Assembly (NCBI RefSeq): GCF_963506605.1
Contig: NC_083288.1
Location: 53,692,001 to 53,756,000 of the forward strand
Reading direction: 5' to 3'
Source: Zootoca vivipara
Taxonomy: Eukaryota
Length of the DNA stretch: 64,000 nt
The position numbers and the translations under genes were made by a program. This document shows, in pieces, positions 1 to 12,626 of the stretch (within the stretch, counting starts at the first letter, position 1; each line of letters opens with the position of its first letter). The notes under the pieces are model-generated. The model was not told where the DNA came from, did not search any database, and was given only the letters and a program-made list of their open reading frames with translations.

Positions 1-979
1 GCCTGAGACGCTCACAGATGACCTGCTCCAGGGAGACGATCTCCGCCTCCCTCCCCAGGCCCAGCACCTTCTGGGCAAAGGCCACTGTGCTGGAGGCCAC
101 CTCCTCTTGGAACTCCAGATCGGAGCAGAGGGACTGGCAGGCCTTCTGCCGCTCCTCCACATAGTCCTCCAGCTGGGTCAGGACCTCCTCCTGGTGTGCC
201 AGCAGCCGCTGCACCACCCGTGAGCATGCCTGCTCCACTGCATCCCGGATGCTAGCCTCGCGCACCTGCAGCTCCGCAGCCTCCCTCTCCAGGTTGGCCC
301 TCCCCATCCGGATGACCTGCACCGTCTCCTCCACCCCAGACAGGAGCTCCACAATGACCGGCCGGCGGGCCTGGGCCGCCTCGGCCAGGGGCAGGCAAGG
401 GTGCTGGAGGTGGGCCCCCAGGCGGCACTCCCGGCAAAGGACGGCGGCACAAGGCGTGCAGAAGAAGCGCAGCTCCTCGCCAGCGTGCTCCTTGCACCGC
501 AGCGCCTGGCGCTTCCGGATCTCCTCGTCGTGCTCCCCGGAGAGGTAGTCCTCCATGGCCACCACAAGGTGGAGGTGGGTGAGGCGGGAGCAGCGGTGCC
601 CACTGGCGCAGTCCTGGCACATGTCTTCGGCGCAGTCCAGGCAGCGGGAGACAGCCAGCTGGCTGGCCTCCTGACCAGTGAGCGGGCAAAGGCTGCAGGT
701 GGGCTCTGCCTCCCTTGCGGGGCGGACCAGGTCCAGCAGGCCGTTGATGAAGAAGTTGGTCCGGAGAGCGCCCACGCCCCCCTCTGGGAGGGCCACCCCC
801 TCACGGCACTCCGGGCACTGCAGCTCCTTCCGGCCTCCTGCCAACTTCCGCAGGCACTCCTGGCAGTAGCTGTGCAGGCAGGGCAGGATCTTGGGGCGGC
901 GCAGGCGCTCCAGGCAGATGGTGCAGGTCAGGAAGCCGCTGGTGAGGGCTTCGGAGAGGGACGGGGCCTTGGCAGCCAT
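1..979 (-). CDS. TRIM56: E3 ubiquitin ligase TRIM56, N-terminal part (RING, B-box1, B-box2, coiled coil); CDS continues beyond the left edge
   Basis: Manual translation from ATG at 979: MAAKAPSLSEALTSGFLTCTICLERLRRPKILPCLHSYCQECLRKLAGGRKELQCPECRE...LRTNFFINGLLDLV...CSLCPL...CLDCAEDMCQDCASGHRCSRLTH...CKEH...FFCTPC...LCREC...H..H. It matches the TRIM56 pattern and has no stop in the window, so it is absent from the ORF track. A polypyrimidine tract and cag acceptor put the exon start at 1034. It lies next to a MUC3/17-like mucin as in mammals. Confidence 0.9.
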   Translation of the reverse strand, partial: MAAKAPSLSEALTSGFLTCTICLERLRRPKILPCLHSYCQECLRKLAGGRKELQCPECREGVALPEGGVGALRTNFFINGLLDLVRPAREAEPTCSLCPLTGQEASQLAVSRCLDCAEDMCQDCASGHRCSRLTHLHLVVAMEDYLSGEHDEEIRKRQALRCKEHAGEELRFFCTPCAAVLCRECRLGAHLQHPCLPLAEAAQARRPVIVELLSGVEETVQVIRMGRANLEREAAELQVREASIRDAVEQACSRVVQRLLAHQEEVLTQLEDYVEERQKACQSLCSDLEFQEEVASSTVAFAQKVLGLGREAEIVSLEQVICERLR

Positions 980-1069
980 GGTGGGGTGGCCCCCGCTGCT
1001 GGGAGGTTGCTCCTCTCGGTGCCTTGAAAGGAACCTGCAAGGGGGTGGACAAGAGAGAAAGAGAGAGTG

Positions 1070-2110
1070 CTGTGAAAAGGATCCAGGGGTTTTAGTAAAT
1101 CACAAGCTCAAAATGAGTCAACGGTGTGATGCAGCAGCAAAAAAAGACTAATGTGATTCTAGGCCACATCATCAGAAATCCAGAGCAGCACAATTTAAGG
1201 AGGATATGGACAAGCTGGAAGATATGCAGAGATGGGCTTCCAAGATGATCAAGGGTCTGAAAACTACGCCTTATGAAGAGCGGTTGAGGGAGCTGGGTAT
1301 GTTTAGCCTGGAAAAGAGGAGACTGAGAGGAGATATGAGAGCCATCTTCAAACATTGTGGGAATGTTCAGGGATGCAGGAGAGGATATATTGTTTGATTA
1401 TATCTTATTCCAACTTGTGTTAACAAGTTCCACAATTTAGCAGAGTAACATTCCCCTTTTAAACTCCCACAGCAGATGTGTTGCTCAGGCTCGCTATAGC
1501 CTCTATAATAACTGTCCTGGTATTTCCCCCTACATTCCCTCATAAGACACGACACAGTCTTCTATAAAAGTATAAAAAGAGTTTACTCACACATTCTGTT
1601 CACAATTGCATCCCAGAAGGCAGACTTAGCTTGGAAAAGTAATATACCTGGAAACTATCCCATAAGGAGACAGCTCCTTTGTCCTCTCTTGGCTGGAAGC
1701 CAAGAGGGCATCTTAGGCTAAGTAGATATTGCTTCTTTGACGAATGTGGTCAGAGAGAGAGAGATATGGCGGTCAGTCCTATGCTTTTGTTACCTGCACA
1801 GGTGAGGCCACGCCCACCTCTAGTCACATGCAGAGGAAGCCTGTCCCAGTCCAGGAGAAACAGGAAGTTCTGACTGGCTGTCCAGACATCCCCTTCTATG
1901 TCCACTCTAGGGATGTTGTACTTGACTGCTCTTGTGTTTCACATCCCACAAACATCTCAAGGGCTGTCACATTGAAGATGAAGCAAGCTTGTTTTCTGCT
2001 GCTCCAAGGGGAGGACCTGAATTAATGGATTCAAGTTACAAGAAAGGAAATTCCAGCGTAAACATCAAGAAGAACATTCTGATAGTAAGAGCAGTTTGAC
2101 AGTGGAGCGG
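1070..2110 (+). mobile_element. CR1 LINE 3' fragment, interrupted by a solo LTR
   Basis: Translates as DKLEDMQRWASKMIKGLKTTPYEERLRELGMFSLEKRRLRGDMRAIFKH, and continues after 1955 as LKGCHIED..SLFSAAP, a typical CR1 ORF2 C-terminus. Confidence 0.85.
1356..1950. mobile_element. Solo LTR (595 bp) inserted in CR1
   Basis: TGTGGGA...TCCCACA inverted termini; 5-bp TSD aacat at 1351-1355 and 1951-1955; the CR1 frame resumes exactly after removal. Confidence 0.8.
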
Positions 2111-3224
2111 ATCACCAACCACTGAGGCACAGCAGAGTCCCACTCCTGTTCTCCGCGATTCCAAGTTAGACTGGCTCTGTCCATGGAGGCTCCATTTAGG
2201 AACCATAATCAACGAAGCTCCTTCCCTCCGCAGTCCCTACCAACCACTGAGGCACAGCAGAGTCTCAATTGTGGCTAGGAGCCAAGGATACCCTCCCCCA
2301 TCCCTGACCCTGACTTTGTCCAGTCTTCTTGGGACAAAAGTACTGCAAACACCAGATATGGCTGGACTTTTGAACTCCCTGCAAGGTCAGCGCTCAGGGA
2401 GGGAGTTGGAGTCGAGCAACATCTGGAGAGCTCTGCCTTAGCCTGGGGCTTCAATTGGGGGGGGGGTGTTTCCTTCAGCCTTACCTGGAGAGGCCCAGGC
2501 AGCTGCCCTGTTGGGGCTCCCCCCTTTTCTCCTGCTAGGAGCCTGGGGTGAGAGGGTGCTCTCCGATCGGTGTGTGCCCAGGAGGCAGGAGAGGGAGCCC
2601 TTGCGCCTGATGTAAGGAAATCAAGGCTCTGTACAATGTCCATAAGTGCACTAGGGCACGAACAGGAGCGCGTTAAACGCACAGCCTCAAACACGGGGAA
2701 ACCCGCAGACGGGGTTGAAAGCGCCACACTCTGTGGGTTGAGCTGCACAGCTGACCCCCGGTTTTTACAACACGTCCAAGGAAGATGGGTGTGAGCCAGA
2801 AGTGCGGGGCGGCTCTTTCCATCAGGAGTGGGGGTTATGGGGTTCCCAGGAGACTCCTGGGGCTGGCCGGGGCACCCTTGGACAGCTCTCATGGACAGCT
2901 CTCATGGAGGCCCTTGCGATCAGCATGACCTCCCCTTCCACGGGATCCAGGGAGAGAAGGACCGCCCACCGACCCACCCCGGAGGCCCTTAACCCTCTGA
3001 AGGTCTCTGTGCCAAAGGCCGCTGCCCGAACCCCATATCTCGGGGCGATTCCCGACTGGCTGGCAGCTTGCCTGCCCAACAACTTCAACCCACAAAAAGG
3101 TTTAACAACATTGGGGTAAAATCGTTAAAAAAGAAGCAGCAGCTTTGGTTGGCCCTCACGCATGTTCACTTCATCAAATCTGGCTCTCTTTGAAATAAGT
3201 TTGGGCACCCCTACACAACGAGCA

Positions 3225-3581
3225 GGGACATGGGTGGTGCTGTTGTCTAAACCACAGAGCCTAGGACTTGCTGATCAGAAGGTCGGCGGTTCAAATCCTC
3301 GCAACGGGGTGAGCTCCCATTATTCGGTCCCTGCTCCTGCCAACCTAGCAGTTCGAAAGCATGTCAAAGTGCAAGTAGATAAATAGGAACCGCTCCGGCG
3401 GGAAGGTAAACAGCGTTTCTGTGCACTACTCTGGTTCACCGGAAGTGGCTTTGTCATGCTGGCCACATGACCTGGAAGCTGTACGCCGGCTCCCTCGGCC
3501 AATAAAGCGAGATGAGCGCCACAACCCCAGAGTCGTCCGCGACTGGGCCTAATGGTCAGGGGTCCCTTTACCCTTTACCTT
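3225..3581 (+). mobile_element. Sauria SINE
   Basis: tRNA-like head (ggtggtgctg...ggttcaaatcc), Sauria body, ACCTTT-type tail; similar to the copy at 8528. Confidence 0.85.
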
Positions 3582-3589
3582 ACGCAAGG

Positions 3590-3900
3590 CGCACCGGGGC
3601 TCAGAGGTTGCGACAAGGGGGTCGCGGGAGGGCTCGGGGCTGGTTCCGCTGGGGCGCAACGAAGGGCCAGAGAGGGGGCGTCTGGCTCACCCGCTCCCCT
3701 TGGCTCTCCTCGCTCCCTTTGAGCCTCGCAGCCTGTCTCCTCTTGGGGCATCCAGGCTGGACCCCCCCCCCCCAGGAGGTATCGCAAGCAGGGTCTTGGC
3801 AATGTGTGTTGTCATGAGGCTGCTTCCCGACCCCCTCCCCGACCCCGTCAGAGAGCACCCTGTTTCCTACGTGGATGCAAGAACTGAGGAAAGCAGCTGG
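3590..3900 (-). promoter_or_regulatory. CpG/GC-rich segment, candidate TRIM56 5' non-coding exon or promoter
   Basis: GC-rich with several CpGs; minus-strand donor-like GG|GTGAGC at 3690; the TRIM56 coding exon has an acceptor, so an upstream exon is required. Confidence 0.35.
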
Positions 3901-5413
3901 GTCAGGCCAAAAGAGGGCCCCGTCCAGCTGTGATTCCTGCATCGCAGGGGTTGGACTAGATGACCCTCGGGTTCCCTTTTGACTCTCCTAAGGTCCCCTA
4001 GTCCTTTACTCACCAGCTCCGAAGAACATCACCCAAGAATCAAAGGCAAAGTTTTATTTCTTGCTGGAGCAGGAAAGGTTACAGCAAGCGACCAAGAAAG
4101 CAGTCGGAGGCTGAACCCTGGTCTTCCTTACACACCGTTTTTATAGTCATCGTATCGGTTAGCCACACCAGCTAACCACCCCCACCACCAGCTTTAACCG
4201 CAAAGGTAGATGTTTATTGCACGCTTCAGCTAACCTGGGCATTTCCCTCTTTCTTCCCTTTTGTGTATTCTGTGCCCTTGCATGCTCACAAAACCTCCCT
4301 TTACACACCCATTTGTGGTTTGGTCTTTCTCTGCCCAAGACTGACTGCTCAAGGTGGTTTACCGTATGGGGAGGCAGTTACCTTTAAAAAAAAAAAGGTG
4401 CATCAACAGTCTTATCTGCCCCGTGTGTATATAAATAGATATGCGCAAAGCTGCTTAAATAAAAAGGCATTTTAGCCGCAATATTTTTTGGAGTGGGGGA
4501 GTGGGAATGACGACGTAAGGGGAACTCAGAGAGAAGAAATGCTGTGGTCCATCTGCAGCAGCGTAAATGGCTGCCTTCATCTGCCCCTGGTGCACTAAAA
4601 ACTCGTCTCAGATTTTAAGTTGTATTTAAGTTGCATTTTTAAAAAATATGCAAAAGTTACATATTAAGATTAGAATTAGGCTGAAATTAAACTGTGGAAA
4701 TGATGGACACGTTATGTGAAAGGTGTAAAACAAGATTATAGAAGGCGATTAAATTGATATAGAAAATGCTAAAATGGTGTATGTTAATGAACCACAGTGG
4801 ATGGGAGCCCGAGGGGGTCCCTACATAAAATGTGAGAGGAAAATAGGAATAAGTAAATTTTTTGTTATGTGTTTATTTTTCTTTTAAGTGTTTTCATTGT
4901 AGTGTTTTTCATTGTCTGTGTTTTTCTTTGTATTCCGGAAAAAACGCAATAAAAATTATTATAAAAAATAAAAATAAAAACTCGTCTCAGGTATCTGTGT
5001 CTTCAGCCCCAGCAGATGCTGCAACCTTCCAACAGTTTGGCTTCACCCCCGAAGGCGCACTCCTCCATTGTCTCCCAAGACAGATGGGTGCCCAAAATCA
5101 GCTTCCCACCTCTGCAAAAGCAGGCACGAAATAAAATGGGGGGGGGGAGAGATAAATCACAGGTGTGTGATTGTGCGGAAAGTAGCGACTGGAACTATGC
5201 ATAGCATAGACATACCGTAATGATTAAACAAGACATGGTTACAAGGCAAGGTAGCCTTTTATACCAAGGGAATGTCAATAAATGTACCCAAATGCCCAAA
5301 CCAGATTTGTTTCTAGGTTGTGTTCCTTCTAGCTTATAAATGAAAAGAAATAAGACCAAACAGGTATTAAATCATCCCCTTTGGCGTTTTGGCCCCTAAG
5401 GACTCTCAGCTGA

Positions 5414-6750
5414 TTAGTTCGTTCCCCCTTTCTGTGCTTTAGCTTTTCTGACTTTGTCTCTACACGTGCTGGCTATATGTTTGAATTCTTCTCTGGTGGT
5501 TTTCCCCTTTTTCCATTTTGTGTACATATCCCTTTTAAATCTTAACTCAGTTAAAAGTTCTGGCTTCTTTTGGCACCTTCCATGTTTCTGTCTCATTGGT
5601 ATTGCCTGAAGTTGTGATTTTAATATCTCCCTTTTAACAAACTCCCAACCGTCATGAACTCCTTTCCCTTTTAGTATTTCTGTCCATGGGATCTCACCCA
5701 GCATTTCCCTAAGTTTTCTGAATTCGGCTTTCTTAAAGTCTAGGATTTGAGTCTTAGTATGCTTGGTTGCTTCTTTCCACTGTATAATAATAAACTCCAG
5801 AAGAGCATGGTCACTCCCACCTAATGATCCTGCCACTTCTAGCCCACTAACCAGGTCATCACTATTGGTTAGGACCAGATCTAAAATGGCTCATCCTCTT
5901 GTTGCTTCTCCCACTTTCTGGACAATGAAGTTGTCTGCAAGGCCAGTGAGGAATCTGTTCGACCTTATGCTCTTGGCTGAGTTTGACATCCAACAAATAT
6001 CAGGATAGTTGAAATCCCCCATTACTACTATCTCACTTCCTTTTGAATGCTTGGTCATCTGTTCCAGGAAGGCATCATCTGTGTCCTCAGTTTGGCTTGG
6101 GGATCTATAGTAAACTCCCACAATGAGATCACTGTTGTTTTTCTCTCCCTTCATTTTGACATAACATGTTTGTTTTTGCAGAAGGCGGTTTCGTGGCCCA
6201 TTATCATCACGTGTGAGATAGTGCAGCAGTGACAAGAGAGGCTCCCGGCGTTCACCCCTCGGGATCGGGACCCTCCAGCCGCACTTGAAAATGCAAGGAT
6301 CACCCACAGGCTTCTCCTCCCTTGCCACACGCCCAGGCAGTGCACACAGCCCGGCCGGCAGAGCTGGAAATGCGCACACCCAAACATTGAGACCAACAAT
6401 CCTGCCTTGCAAGAGAGCTTTCGCCTTCAAAGGCGGAAGTGAAACCCAGAGAAGGGACCTGGAAGCCTCAAAGCACACCAAGCATGCCACACTGGGCAAG
6501 GCTGAGGGAAAGGCATTCAAGGTATGCTCAGAGGCATTCTCTGCTGCTGCATCACATGCCCCAAGGCTGAACTCTGGAGCTGAACTTAGCACAGCCTGGA
6601 GGAGAGCATATTCCTGGTGTGCTGTGTGGGCTCAGAGGTGCCTCGTTCTTCACCACACGGCCGCAAGCTCCACATAGCTGAGTGCAGGTGCTTGGGCTCA
6701 GCCACGGTTTTTAACTCTTCTCCCTGTTTAAACTCTCTTATCAATTCTAT
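5414..6750 (-). mobile_element. Degenerate CR1 LINE fragment (endonuclease and linker of ORF2, probable ORF1 remnants)
   Basis: [10 protein letters not shown]...[13 protein letters not shown]...LGGSDH...LDFKKAEF motifs, with frameshifts and stops. Confidence 0.85.
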
Positions 6751-6753
6751 TTA

Positions 6754-7233
6754 CAGTGCTACCTTGGTTCTCAAACGCCTTGGTACTCAAACAACTTGGA
6801 ACCCAAACACTGCAATCCCGGAAGTACCGGTAAGTGTTCCGGTTTGTGAACTTTTTCTGGAAGCCGAACATGCTCCATTTTGAGTGCCAGCCTTCTGTTT
6901 TGAGTGTTATGCTGAGGTTTGTCTGTTTTTGTGGCTCTTTTGTGTTTTTGTGGCTCTTATTTTTTTGTTTTTATGACTATGTGGAACCCAGTTCAGATAC
7001 TGATTGTGTGACTGCAGTACATTGTTTAGTGCTTTCATTTTATGGATCAATGGTCTCGTCAGATAGTAAAACTCATGTTAAATTTCTGTTTTAGGGCTTG
7101 TTTTTAAAAGTCTGGAACGGATTAATCCATACTGTATTGCATTACATTCTATGGGAAAGCGCGCCTTGGTTTTGGAATGCTTTGGTTTTGGAACGGACTT
7201 CCGGAACGGATTAAGTTTGAGAACCAAGGTGCC
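6754..7233. mobile_element. Tc1/mariner (Tigger/pogo-like) non-autonomous element
   Basis: Starts TA|CAGTGCTACCTTGGTTCTCAAAC and ends GTTTGAGAACCAAGGTG (inverted repeat); the right tip is degenerate. Confidence 0.7.
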
Positions 7234-7389
7234 CCTACCTTTAGTAAGCTAATTCCCTCCTGATACAATAAACTCACTGGGTGACCTTGGGGGCTGATCA
7301 CTGCCTCTCAGCCTACCCTCACAGGGTCCTTGTGGGGGTTAATTGAGGAGAGGGGGGGGGAGAACCATCCATTATCTTATTAGTTCGCA

Positions 7390-7880
7390 CTCCTGTCTCA
7401 GCAACATCCATGCTGGCTTGGTCCACATCCACAGAATGGAAGATGGCAGGATCTCCAAGGATGTGCTCCATGGTGAGCTGGCTCCCGGCACCAGGCATCA
7501 CTGGAAGGCCAACTCTGCATTACAAAGATGTCTGCAAACGTGACAAGAAGACCGGCGACATCAACCCTGCCGTGTGGGAATCCCTTTCAGAAGATCTCAG
7601 TGCCTGGAGATGGGCAGCCAAGTCCATAGCAAAGAATAGAGAAGAAATGACCGCCGGGAGGAGAGCAGAGAGAAGAAATGGCATGGTGCATCTGCAGCAG
7701 CTCAGCAGGACGCCTTCCTCTTCCCCAGCTGCAATAAAACATGTCTCTCCCGTATCGGTCTCTGCAGCCACAGATATAGGTGCTGCAACCTTCCAGCAGT
7801 TTGACTTCACCCCTTGAAGGCAGAGGAGCCAACTCCCAGGGGTGCTCTCCTCCTCACAAGACGGACAGATGCCAACCAAT
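7390..7880 (+). mobile_element. RTE-clade LINE 3' fragment
   Basis: HIHRMEDGRISKDVLHGEL...GRPTLHYKDVCKRD resembles an RTE C-terminus; related pieces at about 4525-4565 and 4990-5085. Confidence 0.75.
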
Positions 7881-8145
7881 TATTATATGTGGGCCACCTT
7901 GAGCTCCTGGGGGAGGGGGCTGGAAGGTGGGCTACGTATGGGAAAAGTAAAATACATTGTAAACACAGATCACTTTTCAAGGCCACCTGGATAAAGGTAG
8001 GCTAAGGTTGAGGTCTGAGCCATGGTCTTCCTGTCAGGAAAGCCTGTGCCAAGAGCTTCGTTGAAAAAGAAAGACAGGAAGACATAATCACATAATCACA
8101 AAGGCAAGTAAGTTGCTCAATGGCATCACCTGGTGGTTCTTTGCT

Positions 8146-8236
8146 CATAGCTGTCAAGTTCTCCCTTTTTTTGAAGGGAAATTCCCTTATGCTGAATAGG
8201 CTTCCTCGTGAGAAAAGGGAAAACTTGACAGCTATG
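8146..8236. mobile_element. About 90-bp hAT-type MITE, copy 1
   Basis: TIR catagctgtcaagtt/aacttgacagctatg; 8-bp TSD tctttgct. Confidence 0.85.
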
Positions 8237-8527
8237 TCTTTGCTCTCCCTAGAAAGTCACACAATTTTTAATGGGTTTTTTAAATTACTGTTCCCCTCCC
8301 CTTGAGTTCTTTTTTGCCAATTTTTAAAAATTGATTTTCCATAATTTTAAACAATTTTTCACCAAATCAATACAAATCGATTGTCAGAGGGCCTTTTCGG
8401 TAGTGGCACCCTTACCTTCCATCAGATGTGAAGGAGAGGAGCAATTATATAACATTTAGGAAACATCTGAAAGCAGCCTTGTGTAGGGAAGCTTTTTAAG
8501 GTTTAATGATTTACTATATGTTTATAT

Positions 8528-8885
8528 GGGGACCCAGGTGGCGCTGTGGTTAAACCACTGAGCCTAGGGCTTGCTGATCAGAAGGTTGGCGGTTCGAATC
8601 CCTGTGACGGGGTGAGCTCCCGTTGCTTGGTCCCAGCTCCTGCCAACCTAGCAGTTCGAAAGCACCTCAAGATGCAAGTAGATAAATAGGAACCGCTACA
8701 GCGGGAAGGTAAACGGCGTTTCCATGTGCTGCTCTGGTTTGCCGGAAGTGGCTTTGTCATGCTGCCCACATGACCTGGAAGCTGTACGCCGGCTCCCTTG
8801 GCCAATAATGCGAGATGAGCACCACAACCCCAGAGTCACCCACGACTAGACCTAATGGTCAGGGGTCCCTTTACCTTTACCTTTA
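8528..8885 (+). mobile_element. Sauria SINE inserted in an L2-type 3' end (about 8380-8980)
   Basis: Same head, body and (ACCTTT)n tail as 3225; imperfect TSD tatatgtttatat/tatgtgtttatat; the flanks match the L2 3' end at about 59940-60200. Confidence 0.85.
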
Positions 8886-10081
8886 TGTGTTTATATATGC
8901 TGGAAGCTGCCCGGAGTGGTTGGGGCAACCCAGTCAGGTGGTCGGGCTACAAATTATTAAGATTAAGATTATTATTATTCAAATTTAGTACTGATTTAAA
9001 AGCTGACTTCCCACCCCTCAAACGTTCCCTCTATTTTCCTTCCTCCGTCGCTGCTCTCAGTACAATAAATTTCCCAACTTTGGTTTCGAAATTCCCTCAT
9101 CCTTTCTCCCTGTACAATTACCAATTTATGCTATGACTTTTGTACATTATTATAACCCGTCCTCAAACAATTGAGTAAGAGTAAATCAAAGGAGCACCAG
9201 GACTGAAAGTTGAGAAAATCTTAATCTATTTCAGCATTTCAACTTTTGTATGTTTCGAAGGACACCTGTGAATCTCTCTCAGATTTACTGCTTTCTCCTT
9301 TGTAAACTGCTTTGAGGGTTCTTGTTCTTTTGCAATCAAGCAGCGTATACTGTAGTTATAAATAAATGAAATAAATGGGTTGTTTCTGAGGAGATGCTTT
9401 TCCTCCTCAGAAATGAGACACTTTCCTCAGAAAGGGGGCCCTTTTTCTCCTCAGAAGAGGCTGAGATATGAAGGCCTCCCGCCGCCTGAGGCGTTTTCCC
9501 GCCTTTTTCTTCCCCTTAGAAAGTGCTAGAAGAGCTGCCCCTCCCCCTCTCTCCTCAGGCAATGGAGGGGACCATCGCCCGCTCCCTCAGGAGGCTTTTC
9601 TTTCTTTAATGAGGATTCAAAAGGTTCTTTCTTATCCTCTTCCTCAGGGGCAACTTATTTACAGTATTTCATAACATTTATATGCTCTTGATTGTGAAGT
9701 GGGGGGGGAGCAGTTTGGGGAAAAGAAGGCAAGGCCCTCATATCCGGAGGCCTCCCAAACAGCCACAATTTGAAATCCATTAATTCATGTCATTCCCTCA
9801 GGTGCCCATGAGGAGTTTTTAGGGGGTCCCTGGCCAGAGGATGCCTTGGGGTTCCCCTCCGGCCTCAAACAGAAGGATCAGGGTCTTGTTCCAGTTTTCT
9901 TGGTCTCGCGAGGCTTCTCCCTCGGCTTGGAAAATGTCACATTTGCCTCTCTGTTCCCTCAGTTTCCCAATTCATTGGCCGAAGGAGCCCCTGAAATACA
10001 CTCAGCAGTTTAATTCTCTGTCCAATCTCATGTAACCAGAGTCGGAAGGGACCCCCGAGGGTCATCCAGCCCAACCCCCTG

Positions 10082-10171
10082 CATAGCTGCCAAGTTATCC
10101 CTTTTTTAAAGGGATTTTCCCTTATGCTGAATAGGCTTCCTCGCGAGAAAAGGGAAAACTTGGCAGCTATG
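10082..10171. mobile_element. About 90-bp hAT-type MITE, copy 2, inside a CR1-tail fragment
   Basis: TIR catagctgccaagtt/aacttggcagctatg; 8-bp TSD accccctg. Confidence 0.85.
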
Positions 10172-11303
10172 ACCCCCTGCAATGCAGGAATCTCAAATAA
10201 AGCAGCCATGACAGGTGGCCATCCATATGTGTTACTTGGCTGTGGCTTGTAGGTGAGGGGAGATACGACCTCAGGTGCCGGTCTGCTTTTTCCCGCCTAC
10301 ATCTTGACAGTTTGCTGTTAAATAAATGTAGCTTTAAATGTACAGTATAATAAAAATTTCTTCCTTATGTTCTTTGGCAGAGAGCTGCACTGGAAAGTTT
10401 TGAAGACGACTTTAATAGGATGGAGGACATATTGCCCAATTAAGAGGAACAGCAGCCCTCCACACCCTGAGCTTTCTGGTAGTCCACTATAATTTATTTC
10501 ATTTCGTAAAATCCACACATTGCTTGACGGTAAAGCAGAACAAAACCCTCAAAGGCCAGCTTGCAAAGAGAATAAAACAATGGAGCAGGCGAGGGGAGAG
10601 CTGCTCTTATGCTCGGATCCTGCTTGTGGGTTTCTCATCCTGTTGGCCACTGTGAGAAGGGGATGCTGGGCCAGATGGACCCCCTTTGGTCCTTCTTATG
10701 TTCTTATGGAACCTCCAGGTCCAGGGGCAGTCTATCTAGATTGCTAAGTTATTTGGGGTATTTGGCCACTTTGAGAGCAGGAGGCTCTCAAATGATAGCA
10801 TTCGAGTAAGTTGGAAGGAACATATTTTTGAATTTGCAGAAATCGGGATGTTTAAAGCAATATGAGTGTGAAACGACAGATAAAAATAGAGATAGCATTG
10901 ATTGTGTATACACTCGACAATAAAAGGGAAAAAAGGTATGCTGATGGAGATAACAGGAAGCCAAAAGCTAATTTTTTTAAAAAAATTGGTTGTTATTTTT
11001 TTTTAAATTCTTTTTTCTTCTTCCTTGCTGATGTTTATGTGCCTTTTGTAACTGGGTGAATTATTGTATGGAAAATGTAAAAATTGTATATGTTTGGTGA
11101 AGAAAATAAATAAATATTATTCTCAAAAGAGAGCAGGAGGCTGGGCTGCCCCAATCCAGCAGGCTCTTCTTATGTGGGGTGGAGGGAGACCATTCTCCAG
11201 GGGGAACAACTCTCTCTCCCCCCCCCCCCCCGGCCAGCCTCTCTTCTCCGAGCACCATTGATTGACACCATAAAAGAAGGAGGAGGAGGATTTTCTCAGT
11301 TGC

Positions 11304-11309
11304 TTTATT
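11304..11309 (-). terminator. Candidate mucin polyadenylation signal AATAAA
   Basis: tttatt on the plus strand, about 1 kb downstream of the predicted stop. Confidence 0.35.
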
Positions 11310-11711
11310 TTCTCTCCCCTCCCCAATGAATCATTCACAATGTTGACCTCATCATCATCATCATCATCATCATCCTATATCATTTCTCTGGCAACCGACC
11401 GGTCGCTGTGCTTCCTTCCATATTGCACTGAAAATTTGATCAAGTAAACGCCTGGATGTGAGGGGGGGGGGGGATGCGAGTGACAAAAGAGTTTCCCATG
11501 GGCAGACCATGGCGGTGGGGCCAGAGAGACCCAGGGGAAGAACAAATGGCAGGCAGCTTCCTGTAGCTTGTGCCCAGCTTGTGCATTGCTGTGGGTATAG
11601 ATGCATGGCATCGTGGGGAATCAGTGGTGCTACAGGCATATCTGGGACTGACCTGGAAGGGACGGGGCAGGGGGGGAGCACAGCCAGTCTGTAGAGAGGG
11701 GAAGGGCAAGC

Positions 11712-11845
11712 AGAATCATAGAGTTGGACGGGACCGCCAGGGTTATCTAGTCAAACCCTCTGCAATGCACGAATCTTTCGCTCAATGTGGGGCTCAAACC
11801 CCTTGCCCTGAGATTAAGAGTCTCATGCTCTACCGATTGAGCTAG
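11712..11845 (-). mobile_element. SINE with tRNA-derived head and CR1-like tail
   Basis: Reverse strand tagctcaatcggtagagcatgagactcttaatctcaggg...ggtttgagcccc (tRNA-Lys-like) followed by a CR1 3' hairpin and tail. Confidence 0.7.
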
Positions 11846-12329
11846 AGATCAGATTGTGGGCTGGTGCAGAAAGGGAGAAAGCGATTTCTCCAAAAGTGCT
11901 AGCCGTGGTCCCCGACCTGCAGAGACGACGCGAGACCCTTGCAAGGCGGCCTCCTCTTGCACCAGATGGCTGTGGCATCCAGGCAGTGGTCAAAGGCGCC
12001 TCGCTGAGGGATGTGCTCCTCCAAGTTCAGCCTCTGTGGGCAATGCAAGTCCTCGGAGGCAGAAGCCCAAATACCCCCCTGGGGCCCTGTTCCTTTTCCT
12101 CCACATCCTCCTTCCAACGTCACCAAGGACGCTGGTATTCAAGGGGGTGGCAGCACCCCAGTCCTAAAGTGCGAGAGTAAGCAAGAAGAAGGCAGCTCTC
12201 TAGCCCCCCCCCCCGTCACTGCAGCTCCACTGCCTCTTCCTGGATCTGGGCCCCTGGGGACACATCCTGCGCAAATCCAGCGTGCGGCCAGACCCAGCGT
12301 CCTTCCTGTGGCCCCGTTGCCAGGCTTCT

Positions 12330-12365
12330 TCATGGCCGCTTCAACTGGGGCCGAGCAATCCGTCT
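12330..12365 (-). CDS. Mucin last coding exon (RRIARPQLKRP*)
   Basis: Long pyrimidine tract and ctgcag acceptor, phase 0; resembles the xxIxRP C-terminal exon of MUC3/17; TGA at 12330-12332. Confidence 0.75.
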   Translation of the reverse strand, partial: RRIARPQLKRP

Positions 12366-12626
12366 CTGCAGCCGCAGTACACAGGGAGAGAATGAGAAAG
12401 CAGAAGAGTGAGGCAGAGTCAGTGGAAATGACACTCCATTTCCCCATGCCACCTAGAAACCTATCCTGTGCTTGCCGGCATCCCCCGCCCGTTGCTTCTC
12501 CCCCTAATCTGAAAGGCACACAATCTTCTTGTGTGTCCTCGTTTGGAATGGGCCTTGCAGCCTCCAGATCGGTTGTGCTTTCTTGCAAAACTGTGCCCCC
12601 ACCCCAAGCACCATCTTTTCTTGTAC

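Noticed and set aside
12-1052. ORF-track proteins overlapping the window start
   Set aside because: Off-frame or antisense to TRIM56, whose true frame has no stop in the window.
11899-11916. Alternative last mucin exon VGDHG*
   Set aside because: It lacks the IxRP family motif and has a weaker pyrimidine tract than the 12365 acceptor.
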